Origin: Phyllosticta citribraziliensis
Lineage: Eukaryota
Assembly: GCF_038025025.1 (NCBI RefSeq)
Contig: NW_027117338.1
Location: 1,550,001-1,614,000 of the forward strand
DNA: 64,000 bases
Reading direction: 5' to 3'
Shown: positions 11,743-24,004 of the stretch, in pieces
Numbering within the stretch: the stretch's first letter is position 1
Layout of the letters: each line of letters starts with the position of its first letter
The notes under the pieces: model-generated
What the model was told of the DNA's origin: nothing
Database searches by the model: none
What the model saw: the letters and a program-made list of their open reading frames with translations, nothing else
Made by a program: the position numbers and the translations under genes

Positions 11743-13645
11743 TTATGCCCTTCTGGCAAGTTCATGCTCCTCCGCTCCCACCGGAATGACCTCCTCAACT
11801 GGACCCTTGACATCAGAAATATCCTCAGGCAAGCTACCCAACGCGCGCTCACCAAACAACAAATCAATCTCCTCGAGCGACAACGTCTTTGTCTCCTTGA
11901 ACCAGAACAGAATGGTCGGAAACGTGACGCAAACGTTCCAGCAAATAAAGACAAAGTAAAACTTCCACCCAATGTGTCCCAGGCCCTGAGGAGAGACCTG
12001 ATTCCATATGGTTGCCACCAGCCAATTGCCGATGCCTGTCGCAAATGCACTGCCTCGCGCCCGGATTTGCATTGGCATGATTTCGGAGGCGTAGACCCAG
12101 CTAATACTGCCAAAGGAAAGCGAGAACATCTGCCACTGTTAGTGAGTGTCCACTACTTGGAAAGATGACGAATAGCTTACTATTGTTACTACGAAGTAGA
12201 AGAAGACTCCAGCAATAGAGAGCCCCCTACTGTGCGCGTCGGTGTTCTGAGAGTTGACGATTGCCTCGCAAACAAGGGCCAGCGTTATGCCGACGGTGCC
12301 GAAGAGAAGGGGCTGTCCAATGTCAGTCTGTGATAGTCCCCAAAAGAAGGGTAAGCTTGCCTTTTTCCTCCCTACTCGGTCCAAAAATAATGTGATGAAG
12401 ATGAAGTCTGTTTCAAGGTCAGTCTTCCTCTGTAGAAATTCGGAATTTTGCGCTAACTCGTTATAGGGCCGACGCAGTTGTAGATGCCGGTCACGAGGAG
12501 ATTGGTATCGCCCGTGATGCCCAAGCTCTCGTACATAATTGTTTGATAATAATTTATGACGTTTATTCTATTATTAATCAGCAGCTGCGGAGTGTGTGAG
12601 GTAAGCTCATCATACCCTGTGAATTGCGTAAAGACTTGGACTCTGTTTTGGTCAGTCTCTTGGTAACCATTCCAACAGACAGCAAAGAGTACTCACAAAG
12701 TAGCGTGCATGAGCCGGGTTCTCCACTGAGGAACAGTAAACATGACACGCCAGCCCCTGATTTCCAAACGTCAGTTCCAAGCCATATTCGGGGATCCACC
12801 TTCACTCACGGAGCGGTAATTGCCTTCTCAGCGGCCACGGTGATTCTGATCTCGCGAAACTCCTGTTGAATCCAGTCGTCATTCTCCCCGTTGTAATGCA
12901 ACTTGCGCAACACTCGTAGCGCCTCGTCTTCGCGGTCGTGCTCAACCAGGTGTCTAGGGGACTCGGGGAAGAACATGATGCCGCAAATCAAAATCACACA
13001 CGGCAGAGCCTGGAACGCCAGCGGAAATCTCCAGGAAAAAGCACTCGTCTTTGGCACCTTGGACGAGCCATATCCGACCCAGGTCGACACGATGTAACCG
13101 ACGCCGATCATTTGCTGCGCCAACCCGACGATGAAGCCGCGATGCTTCGGGTGCGCACACTCGGCCTGGTACACGGGGACGCTCATGGAGAGCAAACCTA
13201 CAGCCCATCCGGCGAAAATGCGGCCTACAAGGACCATAGCGAGGTTCTGCGCTGCGCTTTGCAGGATGGAGCCGACAAGTGCGATGGCTGCTCCGATCAG
13301 GATGGTCAGACGTCTGCCCAACCTATCCATGGTGAATCCACCCATGAGACTGCCAAAGACGGCGCCGCCTGAAAAGGTCGAATTGATGGCGCCGATGGTG
13401 GGCGAAGTTTTCGTCGTGTTGAAGAATTTCAAAAAGTGCGGCGACTGAATGACGTCGGTCATGACTCTGGTTCCCGTGAGGATTTGGCCATTTTCGGGAT
13501 TTTTCTTTCTGTCTTACCCGCTATCATATCCGAACAGGAACGACCTGGAAAGATTCAGTCTGTCATTCCGGTCAACGACGCCCTTCTGGACCACTTACCC
13601 AGTGGCCGCAAAGCACGCCAAGGTGATGTTGAACCACAGCACCAT
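11743..13645 (-). CDS. MFS sugar porter (multi-exon)
   Basis: Spliced N-terminus MVLWFNITLACFAATGSFLFGYDSGVMTDV; DRLGRR, PVYQAECA, WRFPLAFQ, PESPR, DRVGR, WVYASEIMP, KETK..SLEEID motifs. Confidence 0.92.
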
Positions 13646-14147
13646 ATCTGCAAACACTGAAAGACAGAGACTGCAAGATGCTTCGTATGATCCCCAAACG
13701 AGACCGGGCGATTCTTGCTACTAGAAGGCAGTATTGAAAGCTCATAATCAAAGGCCCTGGCCATTCTGTCGTCGCGCATTTTATCCGGTCGTCGCCACGG
13801 TTAGCGACTCCAACATTTCCCCATCCAGCACATCGGTAGCCACAATCCCTGGGGCAAATCAACAGCACAGCATACCCATCATGCCACTGCGGCCGTCCAC
13901 TCAGTCCTCAGTCTCGCGCTCCGTCAGAGTCTCGGCGCATCCCTTCGACCTCTTCCCCGCATTCCGCCTCAGCCTCTACCCCAGGCCAACGCCTCCCGGC
14001 ACGTGCGCATAAATATCCACCAATGGCAACATTGGCGCAGCTCTGCTCTCGTGGCTCCGGAGTTGCACAGAACGACGGTCATCCGACAGGTCGAGGGTGG
14101 AAAGACACCGCGAATTTACGCGAGCAGCGTGTATACGGGTTGCTTTT

Positions 14148-14154
14148 GGCTAAA
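14148..14154 (+). promoter_or_regulatory. Putative XlnR/Xyr1 site (GGCTAAA) in the transporter/GH3 divergent promoter
   Basis: Exact match to the XlnR consensus; a short motif that could be chance. Confidence 0.4.
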
Positions 14155-14353
14155 TATTCAAGCCATTCGTGTGCATGCGAAGGCTTGCGTGCGGGCTTGC
14201 CAGTTCTGGGAATGCGCATCGCGGCAGAAGACCGTAGACTTGCAGCGACGTCACTCTGTTTGTACCTTTTATAACGGCGGCGATTTCTGGATCTCCGAGG
14301 CTGTCGTCCCAATTTACGGTTACGTCCTGGGAGCATTCAAAGCGAGGCTCAAA

Positions 14354-16948
14354 ATGCTCCGACAGACCGTCATACTCACTGCCGTAGCGCTGGCATTGGA
14401 TCCACTTGGAACAACCAGTTGCCATGCGCTCCGCAGTACATCGAACGCGACGGCGCCTCTCTACAAAGACCCGTCGGCGAGTATTGACGACCGCGTGTCG
14501 GATTTGCTGTCGCGGATGACGCTGCAGGACAAGGTAGGGCAGCTGATGCAAGGCGATATCACAAACTTCATCAATTCGACGACAAACGCGTTCAACTTCA
14601 GCGGCCTCGTCGACAACATGGAGTGGAAGGCGGGCCAGCTCTGGACGGGGTACCCTGTGCCGCAACGGTGGATTGCGGATGCGGTGAAGAGAGCGCAGGA
14701 TTATCTGGCTGAGAATACGACGTTGGGAATCCCCACAATCGTAAGAGTCTTGCTGCTCCTGTCTTGGGTTGACCTTTGCTAAATCAATCACTTCGACCCG
14801 CACAGGCACAAAACGAAGCCATACACGGAGTTGCGTACTTCAATGCCACCATATTCAATTCGCCAATCGGTTACGCCAGCTCCTTCGACACAGAGCTGGT
14901 GGCGCAAATGGCCGACATCATCGCCACTGAATCGCTCGCGCTCGGCATTACGCAAGTCTTTGCCCCAGTAGTCGACCTAGCGCGCGAGCTGCGCTTCGGC
15001 CGTGTCGAAGAGACATTTGGCGAGGACCCCTTCCTGGCCGGGGAAATTGGGTACCACTACGTAAAGGCGCTGCAGGCGCGCAACGTCAGCGCTGTTGTTA
15101 AACATTTTGCGGGCTTCAGTGCACCCGAGCAGGGTCTCAATTTGGCTCCTGTCCACGGCGGCGAGAGGGAGCTGCGCACGACATGGTTGCCCCCTTTCCA
15201 TCGCACGGTCATCGATGGGGACGCGTGGTCTGTCATGTCTGCGTACCATTCGTATGATGGTATTCCTGCTGTGGCCGATTATCATACTCTGACAGAAGTG
15301 AGCCTTCCCCCTGGAAAGTGCGTAGAGTTGAAAGCGCGAATTCTTATCTTGAGAGCAGATCCTACGAAACGAGTGGGGCTACGAATATTTTGTTATGTCC
15401 GACGCTGGCGGTACTGACCGGCTTTGCACTGCTTTCAAAATGTGCCAGGCCAGTCCGATTGACTCGGAAGCTGTCACAACATTGGCTCTTCCGGCTGGTA
15501 ATGACGTCGAAATGGGGTGCGTGACTCGAATCCAATATATTGATGCAGCAGGCTGACATTGACATCAATCAGAGGCGGCTCCTTCAACTTCAAAAAGATA
15601 CCCGAGCTAGTCGCCGCTGGAAAGCTAGACTTGTCCGTCGTCGACACGGCCGTGGCCAGGACACTGCGGACAAAGTTCAAAATGGGCTTGTTTGAGAACC
15701 CGAACCCTGCGGCACCGGAAAATCAAACGTCGTCTTTGATTCATACCAAAGAGGCCGTCGGTCTCGCGAGGAAGCTGGATGCCGAATCGATCGTGTTATT
15801 GGAGAACAGAGATGCAGTGCTACCGTTGAAAAAGTCGGCCAGTGTTGCTTTGATTGGGCCGTTCGCGGACGTCATGAACGTGAGTTCCTTGTCTATTTCC
15901 TCTCAACACTCTCCGCTGACGTTCAATATCTTAGTACGGAGACTACGTGGTCGAAGATTCAAAATATCGTGGGATTACACCCCTTGCCGGTCTTCGCGAA
16001 GCTTCCACTGGCAGTATCAGCTACGCCCTCGGCTGCCAACCATGGTCGAACGACGAATCAAGCATCCCCGAAGCGGTGTCCGCAGCCGCAGCAGCCGATG
16101 CAGCCGTCGTGATAGTCGGCACCTGGTCCCGTGACCAAACCGAGCTCTGGCAAGGCCTCAATGCAACAACCGGTGAGCACGTCGACGTATCTTCTCTGTC
16201 TCTCGTCGGAGCCCAAGCTGCGCTCGTCCGCGCAATCATCGCCACCGGCAAGCCCACGATCGTCGTCTTCTCATCTGGCAAGCCCGTCAGCGAGCCCTGG
16301 ATATCAGAGCATGCATCGGCGCTGGTCCAGCAGTTCTACCCGTCGGAGCAAGGGGGTCACGCACTCGCTGACGTGCTGTACGGCGCGCACAACCCCAGCG
16401 GCCGCCTGCCTGTCGGCATACCGCGCAGCGTCGGAACGCTCCCCATCTTCTACGACTACCTCAACTCGGGCCGCGGCGACGACCCGGATGCCGGCGCTGT
16501 TAACGACAACGGCACGCTCACGTTTGGCCATCAGTACGTCCTTGATAGCCCGGCGCCGCTGTACCCCTTTGGCCACGGGCTGTCGTACGCGCGCTTTGAG
16601 TACTCCAACGTCTCGCTCTCGTCGACGACGGCCGGCCCTGATGACGCGATTACCGCCTCCATTTCCATCACTAACGCGGCAGACGTCGACGGCTTCGACG
16701 TTCCGCAGCTGTACGTCGCGGATCAGCTTGCTTCTGTTGTCGTGCCCAATCTGGCGCTGCGTGGTTTCCAAAAAGTGTGGGTGCCGGCGGGCGAGACAGT
16801 CGACGTGCAGTTTGAGTTGAAGGTTGAGCAGTTGGGGCTGTGGGATCAGCGCATGAGGTATGTGGTTGAACCGGGCGATTTCACCGTGTGGGTGGGCGCG
16901 TCGAGCGCGGATTTGAGGGGGAATGCGACTTTGACGGTGGTTGGTTGA
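14354..16948 (+). CDS. Secreted glycoside hydrolase family 3 (beta-glucosidase/xylosidase), multi-exon
   Basis: Signal peptide; APVVDLARELRFGRVEETFGEDP, VKHFAG, VMSAYHSYDG, FVMSDAGG (nucleophile Asp), ESIVLLEN, PSGRLP, LYPFGHGLSY and a C-terminal Fn3-like domain. Confidence 0.95.
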
Positions 16949-17165
16949 AATGGGCGCGCAAGCAGGCGGATGCGCATGCCCTACCCTCTGGCTCCCTGTT
17001 TGAAATGGTAGCGACGCGTAGAAGACGCGATCAGGTTCGTGCAGCTACTGGAGGCGTGTAGCTTTCCATTCTGAGGGTAAATAGTCCAAACGCTTCTAGT
17101 ATCGATTTGATTTAGAGCTTCAAAGATACCTTTTTTGGCTGCCGGCAAGGTCCGGAAGCTGCCGG

Positions 17166-17383
17166 CACAGTGGATGGCGAAAGTAAAGAGACTCCCCAAA
17201 GCTGGTTGCAGCGATGAACAGTTGCTTCCTGATCGCAACTACAGTAGTGAGTGAATGCTCCCTGAACATAACCATAGCAGCAGATAACTGATGCTTAAAC
17301 GCAACTGTAGCAGCGTGCGAATGCTCCTTAAGTGCACTCAAATAGCCAGGAGACCTGTCTCTTTTATTTCGGCACCCTCTGTG
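17166..17383 (-). mobile_element. MITE-like element copy B (4 units) with a 4-bp TSD CCGG
   Basis: ccgg|cacagtggatggcgaaag ... tttcggcaccctctgtg|ccgg; four degenerate 33-bp units. Confidence 0.85.
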
Positions 17384-17453
17384 CCGGCATGAAACATCTT
17401 GAGGAAATACTCGACGCTTTTTGACTCGACACTACTCACCGACCATTGACCCC

Positions 17454-18977
17454 TTACTGCATTCTACCTTTCAAGGCCAACGACGCGTCAAAGACACGCT
17501 TGTACCCTCCAAAGTCGTTCTCCTCGTCGCCGCCAACATCTGGCTCGCCCAGTTTCCGGGCCCACTCGGTGAGGCCGATGGGATAACTAAAAGGACACTC
17601 AGTCAGCTTGAGCTTCAAAAGGCGCGTTGCGTGAAATTGTCTCACCAGCTCTCGACCAACACAGCGACATGGTCGTCCGGGATCTTCTCAGGTTTGATTT
17701 CCTTGTTCATCGAATGCTCGATGACGGGCGCCGACATGCCATGGGTGCTCATGCCATTGTGCAGCATGCACATGCCGATCAGCTCCTCGGGCATGGGCGA
17801 CGTGTCAAAGCCGCCGGAGATGACGGCCGCGAATTCAGACATGGTGTTGCGGTGGAAGTACGGCACGTGCAGCGTGTCCTCCATGACGAGCCAGCGCGGA
17901 CCAATGTAGATGAAGTCGACGGCCGGGTGGTCGGGCTTGTCCGACGGGCACGTCAGCACCGTGAAGATGGAGGGGTCCTGATGGTCGTACAACGTCGAGC
18001 CCATGGTCATGAACTTGCCCAGGTCGTACTTGAATGGGTAGTACGTCCCGTGCCAGGCCACTGCATTGAACGCGCTGCCCTTGAGCGACGCGCGGCTGAC
18101 TTTGCCGGCCATCTTGACGAGCAGCGTCGTCACCGCGTCCGTGTCTGTGAATGCTGCGCATGGAATCTCAAAGTCTCGCAGATTCGCCAGCCCCAGTGAT
18201 CCGATAATGCCCAGTTCCGGCACGTCGAAGTGTCCCGAGAATGTCTCAATCACGTAGCCCCTGGTCTGCCCGCTGGGGAGTGTCACACGGAAGCGGATTC
18301 CCCGCGGTACAACGCAGATCTCGCGGGGCCGCACACGCAACATGCCAAGCTCTGTCTGAATGTCAAGGGCTCCAATTTGGGGCACTGTTGCGAGGTGTCA
18401 GCTGAAAAGGTGGGAAGTTCGACAAATACTTTGTTCTCACCAATCAGCCAGTCGCCATCGGCGCTGTAGAATGCAGTCTGCTCGTCCATGTCGACCCCGC
18501 AGCTGAATGAATAGTACGCCACACCGTTTTTGATAGTTGCATCTCCCGCTCCGCCAATCAGCCTCAGTCCGTCAATGAAGTTGCAGTCCGTCTCAATCTT
18601 GAACGGCTTCCATGAAAGCTGGTCGGGAAGGAAGCTCAGGTCGGTGTGGAAGTTTTGATTCAGGGGATGATCGGGCACCTGCGTCCAGCTTGACTGTGCG
18701 GCCGATGGGAGGACTCGCCACATGAACGTTTGCTTGTTGACGGCACGCTTGGCTGTGAAGGACGACCCACTGATTCGCTCTGGATAGAGGCCGAGATGGT
18801 GCTTCTGGGGGAGATTCTGCGCTTTAGGGAGAGCCCCTGCAATGGCTTCGGATCTGATTGATTCAGTTGCAGTCTTGGGGGAATAGGTCTTGGTAGTTGG
18901 GGGACTTACTCATGGTACGAATTCAGGCCTGTGGCGTACCGGTTACGGTCCTCGATTGCGAACTTCGACGAAGGCAT
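17454..18977 (-). CDS. Homogentisate 1,2-dioxygenase family protein (divergent hmgA paralogue), multi-exon
   Basis: SEAIAGALPKAQN.PQK, FYSADGDWLI, VPRGIRF, VAWHGTYYPFKYDL, DHQDPSIFTVLT, PYFHRNTMSEF, LHNGMSTHG (Fe-ligand His/Glu/His retained). Confidence 0.9.
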
Positions 18978-19699
18978 TGTGGAAAATAGCTTTTTCGTTT
19001 ACCGATGAAGGGTCGAGATGAGAAAGGCTACCAAGACTGCAAAAACGACACGGGCGGGCGTTTCTTTTTTATCCAAATAGCAATCGATGATAGACCTGCA
19101 TATCCAAGGCGAGAAAAATTGCATCACAAAGGCTGTGGAGCCCGTGGACTTGACGTGCGGGGCAGACGTGAGAAAGTGTCGCGGGGAACACGCACTACGT
19201 GGGTCTTTCGAAGACAACTGGCACAACGGACGATCAGCCTCACGTAATGCCCGCAGGGTAAGCTGATCTTGGAGATGATTGAAACCTGCCTAAGACACGT
19301 GTTTAGCTGTTCAATGAGCCTTAGCGAACTCCAGAGGTTCCGTTGAAGCATTCAATCGGCGGCGATTGGCACGGGAAAGTCGATCACCCGCATGGTTGGG
19401 TGGAGATTCGTTCTGCCAATGTACCTGGTGGTGTGATGCTATTCTGATTCGATGCTGCGATGCATGAGCTGGAGACTGTGTCCGGACATACATAAGCGCG
19501 CGGGATGGAGACTCTGAATCCCGGGTACCTTTCGCCTTGCCATAAAGAGTCGTTGTGCACTATCAATTGGGCAACAGTTGTAGGATCGGGAGACGAGCTC
19601 AAAGAGGCTTCACTAGCCGTCGTGATGATCTGCGTTGCATAGAAAGCTGCATAAATCCGCCGTGAAACCGGAATTCGCAACTTGGGGTCCGATGAGAAC

Positions 19700-19846
19700 C
19701 ACAAAGTGGACGTCAAAAGAAATGAGACTCCCTGAATCTGGCTGTTGCAATGAACAACTGCTTCCTAGGCGCAGCTACAGCAGTGTATAAATGCTCCCTA
19801 GACGCACTCACATTGCCAGGTCTCGGTTCTTTCGATACCTACTGTG
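19700..19846 (-). mobile_element. MITE-like element copy C (2 units)
   Basis: cacaaagtggacgtcaaaagaaatgagac ... ttctttcgatacctactgtg; units end gcttcctaggc and gctccctagac. Confidence 0.75.
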
Positions 19847-20258
19847 GCCGTAACACGGTTCTCAGTCACCCCATTGGGGCCCTGCGGTGGAACCCTATGC
19901 ATAATGAATGTCCAAGTCAGGCCTTCTCTCTTGACATACCCCATTTCATGCATCTGTGAATATCAGACACGAACATGTGAAGAGGATTTGTGAAACTCAC
20001 TATTCTTTTGCATCGGAAGACTTCCAATTGATCGAGCTCTCGCCACTTTCGCTAGTCTCTGCTGGACTTCCGGGCTCCTTCAATGTGGAAGCGTTCATGC
20101 TCCCGACGCCCAAGACGAGCCGCACAATCCAGCTGCAAAGGAAGGGGCGTCGATTGAATTTGCTCGAATAGAAGAGCAGAAGACCTGAAGGAGTGGTGGG
20201 AAGCCTGCTGAGCGGGTCAAACGCAGCGTTTGAAAGGCAGATGAGCCTTTTGACAGGT

Positions 20259-23200
20259 TCAGCGTCCACCTGCGTTCGATTCGGCCCACCACAGCGCTCT
20301 CTTCTTCACCAGGTAATTGTACCGATCCCCCAGGACTTCCCGCAAGGGAACCACGTCGTTCAAAGACTTCATCTGATCGTCGAATTTCTGGTGTCGCCTT
20401 TTCAGCCTATCCGCCTCATGGTGTTCGGAATCTGGGAGCTTTTCAATGCAAAGAGTAGCAGGATTGCTCCTCGTATGATCGTCCCGCATGTACAAGGCCT
20501 GCCGACCTGCCAGCTTTTCCCTGAGATGCCTGCGGGCAGAATGGATCAACTTGAGTTTTGTTCCGGTCTTGTTGGGATCGACAAGAAACCTGTCAGTGGC
20601 TTTGCAGAAGCATCCTCCACAAGGGCAACCTAGCGGTGGGCGACTCCAGTTCGGTTCTTTGTATTCTCTCCCGACTCCCTGCATGAGATAGCATTCGATG
20701 ACATTACTGAACAGCGGTCGAATCCTTTCGACCCCGAGCGACTCCCAACGGCCACCCACATGGCGAAGGAAGTTCATCATTGGTTGCGGATAGAAATCGA
20801 CGTTTGTCCGTTTCGCTTCTGATTGAAACTTGTTGAATAGCTCGTCGACAAGCTTTTCGTCATGAAGCTTCTCGTGCAGGAAGTCGAACATGCAGTTGAT
20901 CAAAGTCGGGCTGACAGCAGGCGTTACCTCCCAAGGGTCTGGAGTTGGCGATTTCGACGGGAAAATCATCGATCTTTTTCTGCCCGCTAAGGGCTCGGGT
21001 TTTCTGGGTTTTTGTTTCGCAGCGCGCAGGTCGAGATGCTGAATACACAGGGCAGCAATGTGTCTGTAAATCTGACTGGCCGTCTCTGCTGGAAATCGAT
21101 GCGGGATCAACTCGACTTGTTCTACAATGCCTCCGAGGAAGCTCATAGCAAACTCGGTATTTGAAATGTTGCGCTCAACGACATCTGTCACACTTGAAGC
21201 GAATCAGCCTTGTCATTCTGCCAGTTCCATGGATCGGTACCGTCACTCACCTGGGCAAGGCACCTTTAGTGTCATCTGAAAGGTAGAGAATTTCAGCCAG
21301 AACCCTTCCATCTTCAGAGTCGACATCTGAAGACCGACTGATGGCTTCGCTGAGTCTTCCTGAAGCCCAAGAACAGAATCCCGACTCTTGGCATTTTCTC
21401 TTTCTCTCTTCAAAGCCAGCCTCGTGTGGTCGAAGAATCCCACGGCATAACTTGAAGACTTGATGAATGGACGGATGCAGAGACACGAAATGAGACAGTC
21501 TATCAAGAGTCAGTGCTTGGAGACGCAAAGTCTGGGCTACAGCTTACGAATGCTCCAGGAACGCAAACCCCCTTTCAAAGAGCCAGCCAGACAATGCTCC
21601 CAAAGCGAAGCTGGGCAGGACACCATGGGATAAGCCTTCGGATACGATTTCGAAAATCTTTGGGTTGTCGCATTTAACAGCCGCTCGCAGCATGGTGTTG
21701 ATGTCGGTTTCGCCCCTAAAGTCTTCCCAATCTATCAAGTACTTTTGCGGCCTCTGCTGAAGCATGTAAATACGGCTGAAGTTTTCCAGTGCTTCTCTGA
21801 CAATGGGTCTGTCAGGCTGTTTTTGCAGCTCGTTAAGTAAGAATCCGACGGTTTCCTCGAGGTTGAATAGGTAGGTGTGGTCCTGGTCGTATTTCCAAGA
21901 TTGGTCATGAGCCAACGTCGACGTTAGGAATTTTGGAACTTGCTCCCACGGCATGAATACGATGGCCTTTGATGATTAGTGGAGTGCCAGGAATGGTCTC
22001 AGAAGTATACTCACGGTGTGTCGGTACCAGTGGGTTGCATCGCAGCCTTCGTTGCCCGTATATGGAGTGAATTCAGCATCGTCAGGATCACCCGCGCTGA
22101 GACTACCACGTTTCAACAAAGTATCGGGTTCCTCATCAGGGCCAAGCCAAACGTTGCCCGCAACTTCTTTGCCCGCAAGGTCGACTACTCGGGTCAACCT
22201 AATTTCTGTTTCGCAGATGTCGATGATTCTATGGTACCTCCTTTTTCGTGCCCCGTTGCGATTTCTGACAGGCTCATCATCGGCACCTCCATAACGCATT
22301 TCGGCGATGTTCGCAAGGAAGACGCAAAATCCAGGGGCTTCGCAATGGTCCTGGAGAGCTCGAGCTTGCGCAAGGTCTTTGCCTTTCAATTTATCGAGTC
22401 CCAAACTCGACTGGGTGTACTTGTGCTCTAGGACGTAGACAAACCACTGCTTCCTCCAGAAGTCTTCCCTGTTGCAAGCCTGTCGCCAACTTCCCAGGGT
22501 CCTTTTGAGCAGCGGATATTCATGACGAAGACTGGACATTGACGCGGAGGCCGGTCGAATCAAATTATAGGTCAGGACCCATCGATGACCGGCTGTTATT
22601 TCCGTGATTTCATGCTGGACGTCGGAGTACCTGTGCGTTATTTAGTAGAGAACTAGAATTGATGCTGGAGGATACTGACCAGAAGAGACAAGACTTGTAG
22701 CATTCCGACGTTCTGAAGATTCTTTTCTGGTCACCAAGCTGAGCTATGACATCACCACCTCTATGAGGCGCTGGTAAGCAAATGACAAGGGTGCCAAACA
22801 TGTCGCGCTCCTTCTCAGAACTGTTGTCTGTTAGCGAGCTGTGTGGTTGAAGTATATGGCCACTATCCTACTCTTGATGGGGTTTAAAATGGGCGCCTTT
22901 TCCATAAAGCAGCATCTTGTACAAATGAGCTTCGATTCGAAGCTCTGGATCAATTCCTAGCACCATCTGGACCGTTTTCAAAGTTTTGTCCATAAAGGTT
23001 GGCCAGAAGGGGTTGGTGATTAGAAAATCTGCTGCGTCCATTTCCCACGAGCTTCGGACGGCTGGATCAACAATTGTTTGGGAGCCTTTGCCGAAAGGCG
23101 ATGGTCGGCATGCGTTCGTCAATTTCTGTACATCCTCGGGCACAAGCGGAGTGTTGATGATTCCAACATTTTTGACTTCGATTTTCGGATCCACGAAGTC

Positions 23201-23372
23201 GGGGTCAACATCCAAAGAGGTAAACGACGCAAAGGTGCCGGCGCAATCAATTCCGTCGAGCTCAGCGGCAAGCTCTCCACGGAGAGTCGGGTAGTCTGAT
23301 GGGTCTTCTGAGACGAGGCGAAGGGATCCATCTGAGCGCGGTGAAGAAAGAGCAGCAAGGTCCTCGTCCATG
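20259..23372 (-). CDS. 2OG-Fe(II) oxygenase-domain protein with a long C-terminal extension, ~6 exons
   Basis: SPFGKGSQTIVDPAVRSSWE, LYKMLLYGKGAHFKPH-Q-D (spliced), MFGTLVICLPAPHRGG, later YVLEHKYT and YTGNEG motifs; start codon uncertain. Confidence 0.85.
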
Positions 23373-23592
23373 ATGCCGCCGAGTTCAGCGATTGGTGTTG
23401 CAGTTGGAAAACGGGCGTTGAGGATGGACCAATGGAAATTATTCGGCTTCGACGCGTCCGCGGAAACGCGTGAAGCAGTCGACACCCGTGATTTGGCGCT
23501 AGTCCACTCTGAGTTAGAGCCCGGCCGCAGCGAGACGTCAACAGCGAACGTCGCGTCTCAACCTCTCCTCACCCTCTCCGCTATCTAGTTCG

Positions 23593-23746
23593 CATCGGTG
23601 GGTGTATAAAGATGTGTGACACCCTGGGTCTGGCTGCAGCAGCGCATGGATGCTTTCTAAGCGTGACTGTAGCAGTGAATGGATGCTCCCTAAGCGCATT
23701 CATGTTGCCGGGAAGTCTCATTTCTTTCCATTCGACACCCACTGTG
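23593..23746 (-). mobile_element. MITE-like element copy D (2 units)
   Basis: Shares gacaccctgggtctggctgcagcagcgcatg with the reverse complement of copy E; ends ttcgacacccactgtg. Confidence 0.85.
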
Positions 23747-24004
23747 GTGACTGGATTGGGCTCCTCCATCTTCAAAAGGCTCCCCGCAATATCCTTAAAT
23801 TCTGGTTTGCTTGACGTTCCTATACACATCCATTTTCTGTTTGTTTGGTGTTACAATCTCCGCCTCCATCCCTCACCTCGTCCATATGTCCTCTTGTTTC
23901 CTCTCTAGCCGTGATTTTCAAAAACTTGCCCCCTTTCCCACCACTTCAACTGGTGATTGTAGCTCTCACATTCATCTCGAGCTGCAACCCAGCCAATGGC
24001 AGGA

